From: Ylistrum balloti
Lineage: Eukaryota
DNA length: 64,000 nucleotides
Direction: 5' to 3'
Assembly (NCBI RefSeq): GCF_031769215.1
Contig: NW_026781870.1
Span: forward strand, 930,001 to 994,000
The position numbers were made by a program, and so were the translations under genes. Numbering within the stretch: position 1 is the first letter of the stretch; every line of letters begins with the position of its first letter. The notes under the pieces are model-generated. The model was not told where the DNA came from. It saw only the letters and a list, made by a program, of their open reading frames with translations, and made no database searches. Of the stretch, positions 40,101 through 55,100 are shown one piece after another.

Positions 40101-43100
40101 TTTTACATCTGTGAATTGAATGGAGTTCATATCCAAAAAATACTGTGTTGATGAAGCTGTTTCACTACACAACCACCCTAGCAAGGAATAAAGGTAGCTT
40201 TTATCATGGGTCATCAATGAAGCTGTTTCACTACACAACCACCCTAGCAAGGAATAAAGGTAGCTTTTATCATGGGTCATCAATGGTTAAACCTACGTAA
40301 AAATGAGGAAGAAATCAGTAGACATGGGCTTATCAGTGGGTAAGCTTTTAATATGGTTGGGCTTAACAATCAGTAAGCACAAATTTATTAATGGTAGTCG
40401 GCAACACTAAACCCGGGAGATGATGGCATGAGATTATACTACAGAACAGCTCATTCATATTATCTTACATTAGCAGTAATATATAAGACAAAGTCTTGTA
40501 TATTTTGTGTTCATTTATTTGATATGTTTGAATTTTTATCCTAGAAATATTGAGAATTTACCAATTTCAGTATAAAATATGTTAAATAATGACCGAGAAG
40601 GTAGTATCCAGTGAAAAGCTGCAGTGTCAGTATTGGAGGAAGTTGGTGAATATAAAAATATTTTATTAATTTTCCACCTTATTCTGTGAATCTTTTCTAG
40701 AGCAATGAGTCTGTATGATGCATTTAACAACAACCTGACTTTTGCAGTCATTTGGGGTTGAGGAAGTGGCTGCCTCCAAAAGAGCTAGAAGTGCAGAGTT
40801 GCTTGCTGCTGCTGAAAAGAAGCTTGAAGAGACTGACATGGGTAGGTCAATTTTAGATGCTGAGCTTCTATAGCCATCAACAGATTTCATAAGCTGAAAC
40901 CTTGTTATTACTTCACACAAAAAAAAACACAACTACACACATCTAACTTTGAGAGAGGGATTAAGTGTGTTTTGAAATTTTTTCTTGTAATTGTTGCTGT
41001 AATTTTGCAAATTTTATTTGTGAGAATTATAAACCACTATGCACATATTACAACACCTTGTCTGTTTGAAAGAAAATGGTTTGCCTCCCTTCGTCCATCC
41101 AATCAAAGTTTCATATTCAAATGTGTGATAAAATCTTTATTCTATGACTTGACTAAAAGGGTCATGTGTATAACGACATTTTCACATCATTTTCTATATA
41201 TTATATGGAATATAAAATATGAAAAGTAATCCACTTTATATAAGTAATTATATACAATACTTTATTCATCACATAATTATTATACCTCTTCTTCAAGTTC
41301 TAGAAGCTGCAACTGGCAGCTTTAGCTGCTAAAAACACTGTTAATGGTTCATTATCCCAGGATGCACACGTTGGTTTAATCACATTTTGAAAATGGTGAT
41401 TTAAAAATCTTGTCAAAAAGCTCCAGAACTACTTCTTGTGAAAAATGTTTTGTGAATATTGTCCTAGTTTAACTATGATGGTTGAAACAGATGATTCACT
41501 CATGGCAGTCACATATCAGATAGACTCGGGGAAAGTTTGCAATACTGTTAATAGGCTGAAATTTAGGAAAACACAAAGAAGTAAATTGCTGCTAATCTGT
41601 GTATGATAATAGAGTCAGGGGACGGTTTGGTGTCAGGATGGAGGGCCATGAGTAGTTTATTTGAAGTTGTTTAAAAGGTGTGTTAGATTTCTAATTACAC
41701 AAGAAGGAATCCTTGTAAGGCAAGAGTTTACTGGACTTTCTTATAGAACAAGAGGATAGTTATATGGGTGTGAAATCTGTAGATACTCAGTAGAAGATTT
41801 GTTTTGTGTTTAGACTTACAGGAAAGGCTCGAGGATGCAACCTTCAACACAGACAAGGTGGAAGACACAAACCAGGAGTCAAAAGACCAACTTGACAATG
41901 TCAACTTTCAACTGCCATCACTGGAAACCGGTAGGTAGACAGAATGTTTCTTCACGTCACACTTTATCATTCGGGTACATGTTGTATATGGCAAGTTTGC
42001 AAGGTATGACAAAATGAAAGATACACAAGAAATGGAGACTCATTTGAAAACTTCAAAATTTAAATCATTTTCAATTTTCTTTACCTTTACCTGTAATCCC
42101 AGTCTGAGTCACTTTTGGGAAAAAAATCAAATTTTTCAACGACAGAAGTATTTACTGTGAATAGTTTGCAAAATAAGGAACTTGTAAATATAAAGAAATG
42201 CAGTTGATTGTGATCATAACATGAACGACACTTGCGTTTGAACTAGGAAATGGGTCATATAATTTATGACTTGATACCTTGATAGGAAACGTTGGGCAGA
42301 GGGCTCAAGATGCCATAATGCAAGCAGAAGAAGCAAGTGGTATGACGAAGGATGCCGGTAACAAGGTCAATGACATCATTCGAAAGTTGCCGTCAAACAA
42401 AGCCAAGGTCGAGCAACTCATCAATGATTCCACAAAGACCAAGAAAAACACCCAATACGCTGATCAGCAGAGTAAGTGTCTTATTGATATCAGAATTTAA
42501 ATTAAGAGGTCAGAGTTCAACAAAATCGGGAAAAAAGGAAGGTCTTTGTAAATCAGATTCAAATTTACAGTGAATCCTACTTTGTATTTAAACCTAAGTT
42601 TCTATACTACAGCTCAGGATGTGAAAGAGAAAGTGCCGCAGATCATGGACTTGATCAAGCTGGTTGGAACACAATCTAGGAATGTTCGTAGTCTTCGGGA
42701 CAGTGTTATGGGCAACATCACTGATCTCCGTGAGAAGATTATACTAGCCCGTGATGAGGCAAACAGGGTGAGATAACTACCTTTGCATGTCCTCCAATAT
42801 TCTGGAAGATTTAAACTCCTGACATAAGCACAATAATCTTGTAGAGACAATTCCTCTTGTAATACTAAACTGATTTTAGTATTATAATTACTGGTATCAT
42901 GACCTTACTATGCTAACCTTGTTTTTTATTCATGATTACAGATCCGAGTTGGAATGGAGTTCCTAGGAAACACAACAGTTGCCCTTAGAAATCCACCAGA
43001 TGTTGACTTGGCTGGGTCATACAGTCGCTTTACCACTTACATTCGTACCCAACAAAGTGATGCCCTGCTGGCTTACATCGGTGAAGAATTCATCCCTGAA

Positions 43101-46100
43101 CGATCTGCTGAAGTGAGTAAATGATGATTGGCTTTAAACATTACACCAAACAACAAAATAATATTTCATGTTTTGTATGGTAGAATTTTTTAATTTGCAT
43201 GTTCATTTTGAGTTTGGTTTCTTTCAATTTCATGTCTGCAGGACTTCTTGGCCTTGGAGCTTCGCGATGGCCGAGTAATGTTTAAGTATGACCTGGGGTC
43301 AGGACCAGCAGAAATCAGTCATCCATGGAGCGTCAACGACAACAAGTGGTATAAGGTTGTGGCAGAGCGGTGAGTCTGATGTTATTATAACTTTCTAGGC
43401 TACTGTATAAAGAATTGTGTGATACCTGACCTTTTAATATATGATGTATGTTAATCATTTTCCTGTATGCTGTTTCAGGATTGGTAAGACGGGTACACTG
43501 ACAGTCGAGCGTGATGTAGGTGTTGGGGTGGAGAGCGTGAAGGCTAGTGGTAATTCCTCTGGGACCTTTACTGTATTAGAGCTGAAGCCTGTCACAACAA
43601 AGTTCTATCTTGGAGGTGTGCCTAGTACATTTATGGTAAGGGCAAAGTAAAACTATGGTAAATGCTCAGTAAGGGTGTCTGAGAAACATTGAGGGAGTAG
43701 GTGGGTGATAGGAGGTAAAACATACTTTTTCTGACTGAGAAACGGTGAGAGTGTGGTGAAGGTGTGTGTGTGTGAGGTAAAACATACTTTTTCTGGCTGA
43801 GAAACGGTGAGGGTGTGGTGAAGGTGTGTGTGTGTGTGAGGTAAAACATTCTTTTTCTGACTGAGAAACAGTGAGGGTGTGGTGAAGGTGTGTGTGTGGG
43901 AGGTAAAACATACTTTTTCTGGCTGAGAAACACTGAGTGTGTGGGTGTGTGGGAGGTAAAACATACTTTTTCTGACTGAGAAACAGTGAGAGTGTGGGTG
44001 TGTGGGAGGTAAAACATACTTTTTCTGGCTGAGAAACGGTGAGAGTGTGATGAAGGTGTGTGTGTGGGAGGTAAAACATACTTTTTCTGACTGAGAAACA
44101 GTGAGGGTGTGGTGAAGGTGTGTGTGTGGGAGGCAAAACATACTTTTTCTGACTGAGAAACAGTGAGAGTGTGGGTGTGTGGGAGGTAAACCATACTTTT
44201 TCTGGCTGAGAAACACTGAGTGTGTGGGTGTGTGGGAGGTAAAACATAATTTTTCTGACTGAGAAACAGTGAGGGTGTAGGGGGTGGGAGGGGGGGGGGC
44301 TTTTAACTCGACAATGGAATAGTTTTTTGTTGGTATGAGCAATATATGGCTGACTTATTACCAGACATAAGATTTTTGCTAGATTATTACAGTAGTCACT
44401 TTGCTGTTGAATGCAGCACATCCTCTTATGTGTAAATCTGGTGGTTAGTTTGTCCAGTACATCTAACACCAGATTATACAATCAATTTGAGTAGGTTTGA
44501 AATTTCTAATATAGCTGAATGTCTGATAATTGTATGCTTATGTTGCTGATATATGTCAACAGCTGCCTAGATCAGTGATGGGTTCAAACTACTATGAGGG
44601 CGCAATGGAGGGTGTGGCCTTTGACAGCCAGCCAATGGGAATCTGGAACTTTGTGTATGGTGATAATAATTACGTTGGTGCTGTAGAGAGGTAAGTTGAT
44701 ACCATTAACAGTCTGACATAATCTCTGTGCCTTGGTAAGAAGAGGACTTCCATAGATTTATGTTTAGATATATTGATTATTGGGAAAGATAAAAGATGCA
44801 AGTGGAATAAAATAGAGATACCTTAAACTGCAAACATATCAGAAGGACATGAGTACATTGAATACCGAAAAATAACTAAACAACTAAATTAACACATTTT
44901 TATAAGTAAGAATGAAGGATCTTCTTTCTGATATAAAATCAATTATTTCTCAAACATAAAAAGGATTGTTATTTCATCAGAATTTTCTAAACTTCCAGGA
45001 ATGTACTGGTGGAAGAAAAGTCCAATGGCTTTAGTTTTAACGGTAATGGCTATGCCATTGTGAGTGCCAAGGAGATTAATTTCCGTCCCCAACAGAAGGC
45101 TACCATTATCCTGCATTTCAAGACTTATGCCAGTAATGGACTTCTCTTCTTTATTGGGAAGGGACGCGACTTCAGCTCCATCGAATTAAATGATGGCAAG
45201 GTATTGTTTCAGTATGATTTAGGAGGAATGCCAGCCAAATTGATGACAGAACAAACCTATAATGACGGAGCCTGGCATAAGATTCAAGCAGCCCGCGATA
45301 AACAAACTGGATTCCTTAGGGTCGATGAAGAAGGTCAGTACAGGTTTTCAGGGTGCTTCTGTTCAGATTAAAAAAATCTTTCTCATTGTTGTGACGACAA
45401 TGTCCCTAACTTGCATTAAAGTTCAATATGTTCTATGTATCATTGAATACGAAAAATCAGTAAAAACAAATGCCCAATAAGTTGATATGTATGTATTCTA
45501 TGCGTTTCAGATGGAATTGAGGGTCGCTCACCCGGAACACTGGCTTCTCTGTCATACACTGATGATATCTTCATTGGAGGGTTCAATGAGCTCGTCATGC
45601 CTGTAAAGTAAGTACTTGTAGATGGCTAAAACATGCCTTTTTCTTGTGGTTATTAGATTGTAAGGATATAGTATTTGACAGTTGTAAAATCTTTTTTGAT
45701 GCCCTTGTCATTAAATTACAAGAGAATACAGTGTTGACCTTGGCCGTCATTTTGTACTCTAGAGTTATGGCCCCTTATGGAAACTTTTAAGAAACTTCTC
45801 ACTTACTGATTTTCTTAGGAATTCATCCTTAGTCAACCACTACTTGATACCAAAAGAGTCTTTATCTTAAAAGTCATGAATTCACCTTTAAAAAAAACAA
45901 TATCAGTGAAAATGCCCTGTTTGTCTCCAAAATTCCCAAGAGAGGAGAGCATTCTTGACACTCCAACTCATCTTATTCCCTTTTATCTTGTAAAAAATTC
46001 ATCCATTCATTTTTAAAGACACAGGCTTTGAAACAAATTCAGTTTGGAATAGCTATACGGTACCTGATATATTGAACTAGTGTGAATCTTAGAATTAAAA

Positions 46101-49100
46101 TTTCAGGCTCAAATTTTTTACATGAAATTTTATCAATTAACGTAATTTAAATACATTAAAATCACATATTTTTGTGGGGTTAAATTTTCACAGTTGTTGG
46201 AAAAAATTACAACTTCATGAATTCTTGATTTCATTGATAAATGTGGCTGAATAAGTCTTCTTATTTTAACAGTGCATGGAGATAAGAATACATGGATTAA
46301 CAGCACTCACAAAAATGAAAACATATCCTTATACAATGTTCACTTAAGTACGAGTGTCAGTGAACACTACAGTGATATTGTTATGCTTGTTTGTACAGTT
46401 GCCCAATGCATAAAACACCTTTCGTGTGATCAATGCATCATTGATGAAATTCATGTGGTTATTTTTTTTCTCAGATATGTGAGTGCCCAGGGTTTCCGTG
46501 GCTGCATTAGGGATGTTCAGTTTGATAGTACAATCTGGGATCTTATCAACAACAAAGAGGCTAAAGGAGTTGTTCGTGGATGTCCCGAACAGGTAGGTGT
46601 AACATGGAGGTGTAGTGGGAAATTCTGTCCCCTAATCTCCACTCAAGGGTCTATCTGTCCCCTAAAACTCCTATATGGGACGATGATCTGTTCCTTAAAA
46701 TCCTATGGTAGGTTAATTTTCCCCCTAAAATCCTGTTAGGTTTATCTCTCCCCTAAACTCCACTTGTGGCGTGATTTGCCCCCTTGACTCAACTGGTGGG
46801 ACCAGCTGTCCGCTAAACTCTGAGGATGGGACTATATGTCACTATAAATCCTATGGTAAGTCTATCTGTCCCATAAACTTTACTTGTGGAAATATCTGTC
46901 CCTTAAACTCCATTGATGATTTGGTGGGGAAATCATTTAGAATGTTCTGAATTCTTTTTAACTGGACTTTAGTTTATAGGTCTCTGTGAGACTCTTTGTT
47001 CGATCCAGATATATATTCTCAGTGATTTTATTGTTTCTTTTCATCACCATCTACATTTGTAATAACATCTTGTTTACAGATGCTGCGAACAGCAACATTT
47101 GGAGGGGTGCCAGGTTACATTGCCATACCGATGGACAGTGTTGGCGTCAACTTTGATGTTACTTTCAGGATGAAGACCACTTCTAACTCCAGTCTGCTTA
47201 TGTATACCTCAAACAATGCACAGGTACAAATTCTGTCGGATATTAACACTGGCTTCATACAAAACATACAATGATATATGTGTATGTACCTGAATATCCT
47301 TTGGGTTTTTTTTTTTAATATTTGTCTGTTGTTTTACTGTCTTAGCTTCATCAAAGCAGTTACACATGTAAGTTGCAAAAGCACACCCCATAATATACTG
47401 CAAAAGTTGTGTTTATGGATTTTTATTTTAGACATTTCTTGCCAGGGATAAAAAAAGACTTGCAAATGAAGTGAAGAAATCAGTATAGCTGTGTATTTTA
47501 TGGCATTAGTGAAACATTAATCCCTGATGCCTCAAGCGTTCGGTAAAACTGCAAAATCAAATATAATCCATGTTACAGAACAGGGCCAGGTGTTCAGGTC
47601 TGATAATTTTTACAATTATTACAGAGCACTGTATTTTCTGTGTCAACATCTATGGGTAAGATCATTGTAACGACGGACCCTGGAGGTGATCTGACACGTT
47701 TGGAGAGTGTGGTGAATACCTACAATGATGGCAACTGGCATTATATCTCCATCATGAAGATGGGCAGAATGTGAGATCATTTTTCCTCTTTTTATATTGT
47801 TAACTTTTCAGTAGAACTATTTTATTGTTAACTATTATTGTCAGCAAGATACAAGATCTTTATCATTAAATGTATTGATCTCACCTTGTTTTCTGAAACA
47901 ATTCTCAATTATCTGAAAAATTAGCAGATTTAGAGTTTTTCTTTCACTTTTTTTTTTTTTTTAAAAATTTCCTTGTTTGTATTTAGGCTCATGTTGAACA
48001 TTGATGATCAGGAGATGATCGAAAACCCTACACATTCCGTAGAGGAAGAACTTATCACACAGAGACCTGTTTACTTTGGGGGCACTGACTTCTCCGTACC
48101 AGATACCTCTGTTGGTGCCACTGCTCCCTTCTTCGGCTGTATATCTGATATAACCATTAACGGAAAGTATGTTTACCAACAAGCCTTGTTTTACGTTGTT
48201 GAGCCAATTATTGAGTTCTCGTTTTGAAATCTGAATTTTTGTTGGATGTTCCAACAGATCAATAGCATACAGTAAACAATTCCTCTTAAATTCTGATCTG
48301 ATATTTTTTTCATTTCAGTTTTAAAAACTTTGCCAGTATACAGAGTCAGAATATAAGAGCTGTTTCCCTAGGGGACTGTTCTGAATCACAACCTACTGGA
48401 CCAGTGGTGCCACCTGTTGTCAAACCTTCACCAACACCAGGTATAGTGATATTCTCTTTTCTGTTACAGAAAAACATTTACAGGTAATGCAAAACCTGAC
48501 ACAAAATCTTGATGAATTTAGGAGTACAACCGCATCATTCAAAAGCAGTGATCGTTACCTGAAGGTCAAAGATCAAAGAAGTCTTTTTACTGTTTAATCA
48601 TTAGATTATGAAGCAGAAATGATAAAAAAATTGAAATGAATAAGTGCACCACAAATGTTAAGGTCAGATTAGATTTTTAATCACTTATTAATTCCCTGCA
48701 GGTGAAACCGGAGGGGACTGTAGGGTTTGTTTTCGTCATCTGTTTGTCTGTTTGGACCGGATGGTTTCCAGATGATGACTTTAGTTAGGGATGACCAGTT
48801 AAGTTGAAACTTGATACCATGTTAGTTTAGTAGTAGTGTGGCATTGTGTTTGTGGTCAAAAGGTCAGCTACAAAGGTCAGTGTTGCTAATAATAGATTTT
48901 TGGTTATCAGATTGTAAATTAAGTAATGGATGACCAATTAGGTTGAAACTTAATACCATGTTAGTTTAGTAGGAGACCTAGTGTGGTCATGGGTCAGTGA
49001 TAGTACTCGCTTTTCACCTAGCCATCCAGCTGAAACCTTGTTTCACCATCGTTGTTAAATATTAAATATCATTTATTTATTAATTTTATTTGCTATTGCT

Positions 49101-52100
49101 AAAAATAGATTTTTAGCCCACTATCATCAGTTGGTGATTTAAAAAGCTGTAAGTCCGTTGCTCGTCTGTCCGTAAACAATTTTTGTTGTTGCTATTTCTT
49201 GAGAAGCATTGGATGAATCTTTCTCAAACTGCATATGTTGGTTGCCCTTGGTCCCTAGTTATGCCTGTTTGATTTTGGGACTTATCAAAATGGCCTGAAT
49301 CCAGCAATCTTGGATTTTTCCTAGTAAAGATTGTTACTGCTGTTTCTTAAGAAGTACTGAATGGATATCTCTCAAATTTCATATGTATATTTCCTTTGTG
49401 CTCATTTGACTTTTGGACTGATCAGAAGAAACAAAATGGTTTCATGGGGGCCATTTTGGATTTGGCAGGTAAAGATTATCATTGCTATTTCTGCAAAGGA
49501 ATGTTCAAATGTCTTATCATTAAGAGCAAAAACAGAAAAAAAGAAAAGAAGAGAAAAGATACTACTTTCAAAGAGCAGATAAAGAGCAAACAAAAGTGGG
49601 CACCAAGATTCCTCTGGGATCTCTTGTTGGTTTTCAGATAACTTTAGTTAGACCAATTAGATTGAAACAATGAAAACCACTTGATACAATGTTAGTTTAG
49701 TAGGAGACCTAGTGTAGAAACATGTTTGGGGTCAAGAGGTCGACTACAATGGTAACGGTTGCGAAGAATATTTTTTGAGTTTTCAGATAATAATTATAGT
49801 TCGGGATGATCGATTAGGTTGAAACTTGATACGGTCTTAGTTGAGTAGGAGACCTAGTATGGTATTATGTTTTTGGTCAAAAGGTCAACAACAATGGTCA
49901 CTAATGCTTAGCATTGATTTTTGGTTTCCAGATGATAACTTGCTTCAAAAAATGCTAATTATGGCATGGCAGGGGATTTGTGTTGCTGGCTTGTAATCTT
50001 ATTGAATTGTTATGTTATGTTTCTTAGAAATTTCTTAGAGGGAATAAATTTTTAGTGTATCTTTTTAGTGAAATACATTTTTTCGGGGATTAATTGTAGG
50101 TCCAGTTGATAGAACCACTCCACCACAAGTCCAACAGTGTGCTTTGTCACCTAATGTGGACATCTCGCCTCCACTGGGAGATGCAGATGGAAAACTGTTT
50201 GGCACATACGCAGAGAGTCGTGAGGAATATGCTGTGGTACCAGCCAGTATGACTGTCAGGTATGATAGCATCTATAACAAACATAAAGGACACTTGAGGA
50301 GTTGCAGATAATTGATATCACCCAATATGATTTCAGGTATTTGACTTGAGGTAGTATATATTACCTGCAGAATATGAATTGACAGTAATACTGTCTTTGC
50401 CGTCCAAAAATTATGTGGGTTTATAGTCACCACCTTGTTTAATTTTGCATCACCAGCTTAATCATTGAGATGCAATGCTGATGTTATTTTTTATCAGGAA
50501 ATGCACAAATATCTTAAATCACAATTCCTAGGAATTTATTGTACAAAACTTTGTATTTTTACAGATTCAAATTAAGCATAGCATTCCGAACAACATCCAC
50601 AACTGGGGTATTATTTTACGCCTCAGATACACGACATCGAGACTTTGTCGGAGTGTATATGCTAAATGGCAAAATAGGAGCGGCTTTTAATTGTGGAACT
50701 GGAATAGGAAAAATACTGACAGCCCAGGATTACAATGATGGCCAGTGGCATACAGTGAGTTTCCTTGCAAAATCAAGACTTTTTTTCCTGAAAGAAATTA
50801 AAATTTCTCTGAAGTCATTGTTTTCATAATTTTATTTCATTATTCATTTTTATAAAAATTACAACAAGGAATTATCAATTATATCTATAAATTACAGATG
50901 GTATTTACAAGAGATTTAAAACGTGGTGAGTTGGATATTGACGGGGAGCCAAGTGGAGAGACCACATCTATTGGATTTACTCGTTCACTGAATGAGAAGC
51001 CACCATATTACCTAGGAGGTCTGCCAATGGATATCGGCAAAAAAGCATCTAAAAATCTTGAGGTATTTTACTTGAATTTCAAATTTGTTCATCTTAATTC
51101 TTGATAGCCTATATATTGAAATTTTCAATGGACTTGAGATAAGAAAATGAAAGATGACAAATATGGTTGATTATTAACTCTGAAAAAAAAACATGGAAGG
51201 AAAATGTTGAAATGAGTTTTTTTTATTTCATTTTTTAAAAGAGACAACCATTAAAAAACAAAAACAAAAAGGTGTTTTACAGAGATAATCCACATTGTGT
51301 AAAAAGCACTTTGTTTTTCTCATGTTAATTATAAGCTAGTGTAACTTGTTTATAATGTTGCTCAGGGTGCCATCACAAGTTTCCAGGGCTGTGTTGGGGA
51401 CTTGACAGTGAATGATAAGAGCTTTGGAACTCCTCAGCTCGAGTTCCAGGTACAGCCTTGTACCACTAGTGTGGAACAGGGCTCCTTCTTCTACTCGGAT
51501 GGAGGCTATGTTCAGCTACGTAAGTAACCAGCTACCACTTGGTAAATGAGTTCTCCCTTGGAGGTATTGATAGGGGATATATGATAAGGTCCCCACATTA
51601 AGCCAGGTAGCAGGGCCCTTGCTGACCTGTTTAGTGTGCTAGTTGATTCAGTTATTTTGGTTTTTTAAAGCTTTATTTCAAAGTTAAATGACATATTGAT
51701 CCATTTTTGAATAAATTTCTATAAGCAAAATTGAAGACAACAAAAGGTTGAATTGAAAAATTTAACAGACATGCTTCTCCTTATATGAATTATTATCAAT
51801 CGACAATTCTCTTTTGTTTTCCTTATTTGAGGTTAAGTTCTTGGATTCTGTTCCATCTTAAGATGTGTTACACTTGATTTTCTTGTTAATTCCAGCACCA
51901 GAGAAATTTGTTGTTGGCTTGGACTTGGAGTTCTCTGTGGAAATCCGTCCTCGTAACTTGACAGGTGTAATTTTAGCTGTGCACTCATCTGGAAGTGACT
52001 TCATGGCACTACAGATGAAGGATGGAGAGGCAAGTTATAGTTATATCATAATTGTCTAGGTGTTGTAGAGTATTCTCGGGAGCAACAAGTCTTTGAGATT

Positions 52101-55100
52101 TGTAGAATCAATTTTTCTTTTTCCAAACTAACATGATGTTAGTGATTGACTTGTTGAAACAAGAATTTTTCAAATAATTGTGGGTGGCAGACTTTCAATA
52201 CACTAAGAGTTTCATGAAAAGGACAGGTTTAGAGTTCTCGTACATCTTTGAAAGGTTCAAGTCATGGTTGCCTCAATTTAATTTACAAATGTTTCTTATT
52301 CATGAATGGTTAACAAATGGAATAGAAATAGTAAAATTTTGTGACCAATTGAATGAAGAAAATGTACAGGGCTGAAGAGGGTGACAGAAATCTGTTTTAC
52401 TGCCCTCTCACAAAAGTAATTTGATTAACAGGTTGTTGTGGAGAAGTAAAATCATTCTCTAGTGCATGCACTTGAATAGAAAAAAAAAACTTATTAGATG
52501 TCTTATCAATGTTTGAGGACTAACTGGTCCGCATTTTTTTGTTTTAATCAACAGATAATATTCAGTGCAGACAATGGCGGCGGAATCATTACCACCAAGT
52601 ACACACCCCCCACCAACAATCTCCTATGTAATGGTGACTGGCACAAGATCAATGGTATGACTACAAATACTTAACTTGTCTGCCAAACATTGTGTAGAAA
52701 TTTACCCTATATATCTCGTGATGATTTCAGCCTGATAATAACACCTTTCATATCATATGTTACCTGTACCGATGCTTTTTCTCTTTGTCCTGTAGTAAGT
52801 TCACTCCCTGACAATGAGCCAAAACTTAGTTTTAACGTTCTTTTTTTATTGTAGCTGTTAAAGCAAAGAGTACATTGCTGATGACCGTGGATGGTCAAAG
52901 AATACAACCAGTCAGCGGAAAGGCAGGCATTTCATCAGCTGACACTACAGAACCTCTCTATGTGGGAGGTGTACCCAGTAAGTGTTACACTGCTACTGTG
53001 GAATAGCATCTAAATCCTGGATGGCTTTACAAATTTTTAATTTAAACATGTCCAAGTCAAAGAGAATTTTGAATCTTTATATCCTCTTTTTTGTCTGGTG
53101 ATCTATAAATATACTGTTCCTTTGTGTTCTTTTGTTGTGACTTACTGTGATTAGTGACTTAGACGTACTGTGATTAGTGACTTAGACGTACTGTGATTAG
53201 TGACTTAGACGTACTGTGATTAGTGACTTAGACGTACTGTGATTAGTGACTTAGACGTACTGTGATTAGTGACTTAGACGTACTGTGATTAGTGACTTAG
53301 ACGTACTGTGATAAGTGACTTAGACGTACTGTGATTAGCGACTTAGACGTACTGTGATTAGCGACTTAGACGTACTGTGATTAGCGACTTAGTAGTACTG
53401 TGATTAGCGACTTAGACGTACTGTGATAAGTGACTTAGACGTACTGTGATTAGTGACTTAGACGTACTGTGATTAGCGACTTAGACGTACTGTGATTAGC
53501 GACTTAGATGTACTGTGATTAGCGACTTAGACGTACTGTGATTAGTGACTTAGACGTACTGTGATTAGTGACTAAGACGCACTGTGATTAGCGACTGTGA
53601 TTAGTGACTTAGACGTACTGTGATTAGTGATTTAGACGTACTGTGATTAGTGACTTAGATGTACTGTGATTAGCGACTGTGATTAGTGACTAAGACGTAC
53701 TGTGATTAGCGACTGTGATTAGTGACTTAGACGTACTGTGATTAGTGACTTTGACGTACTGTGATTAGGTACTGTGATTAGTGACTTAGACGTACTGTGA
53801 TTAGTGACTTAGACGTACTGTGATTAGTGACTTAGTAGTACTGTGATTAGCGACTGTGATTAGTGACTTAGACGTACTGTGATTAGTGACTTAGTAGTAC
53901 TGTGATTAGCGACTTAGACGTACTGTGATTAGTGACTTAGACGTACTGTGATTAGCGACTGTGATTAGTGACTTAGACGTACTGTGATTAGTGACTTAGA
54001 TGTACTGTGATTAGCGACTGTGATTAGTGACTAAGACGTACTGTGATTAGCGACTGTGATTAGTGACTTAGACGTACTGTGATTAGTGACTTAGACGTAC
54101 TGTGATTAGCGACTTAGACGTACTGTGATTAGCGACTTAGACATACTGTGATTAGTGACTTAGTAGTACTGTGATTAGCGACTGTGATTAGTGACTTAGA
54201 CGTACTGTGATTAGTGACTTAGTAGTACTGTGATTAGCGACTTAGACGTACTGTGATTAGTGACTTAGACGTACTGTGATTAGCGACTGTGATTAGTGAC
54301 TTAGACGTACTGTGATTAGTGACTTAGACGTACTGTGATTAGCGACTGTGATTAGTGACTTAGACGTACTGTGATTAGTGACTTAGACATACTGTGATTA
54401 GTGACTAAGACATACTGTGATTAGCGACTGTGATTAGCCACTTAGACATACTGTGATTAGTGACTTAGACGTACTGTGATTAGCGACTGTGATTAGTGAC
54501 TTAGACGTACTGTGATTAGTGACTTAGACGTACTGTGATTAGTGACTAAGACGTACTGTGATTAGCGACTGTGATTAGCGACTTAGACATACTGTGATTA
54601 GTGACTTAGACGTACTGTGATTAGCGACTGTGATTAGTGACTTAGACGTACTGTGATTAGTGACTTAGACGTACTGTGATTAGTGACTAAGACGTACTGT
54701 GATTAGCGACTGTGATTAGTGACTTAGACGTACTGTGATTAGCGACTTAGACGTACTGTGATTAGCGACTTAGACGTACTGTGATTAGCGACTTAGACGT
54801 ACTGTGATTAGCGACTTAGACGTACTGTGATTAGCGACTTAGACGTACTGTGATTAGTGACTTAGACGTACTGTGATTAGTGACTGTGATTAGTGACTTA
54901 GACGTACTGTGATTAGCGACTTAGACGTACTGTGATTAGTGACTTAGACGTACTGTGATTAGCGACTTAGACGTACTGTGATTAGCGACTTAGACGTACT
55001 GTGATAAGTGACTTAGTAGTACTGTGATTAGTGACTTAGACGTACTGTGATTAGCGACTTAGACGTACTGTGATAAGTGACTTAGACGTACTGTGATAAG

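Noticed and set aside
43631-44481. Three overlapping His/Thr/Pro-rich minus-strand ORFs
   Set aside because: They derive from the GT-rich minisatellite.
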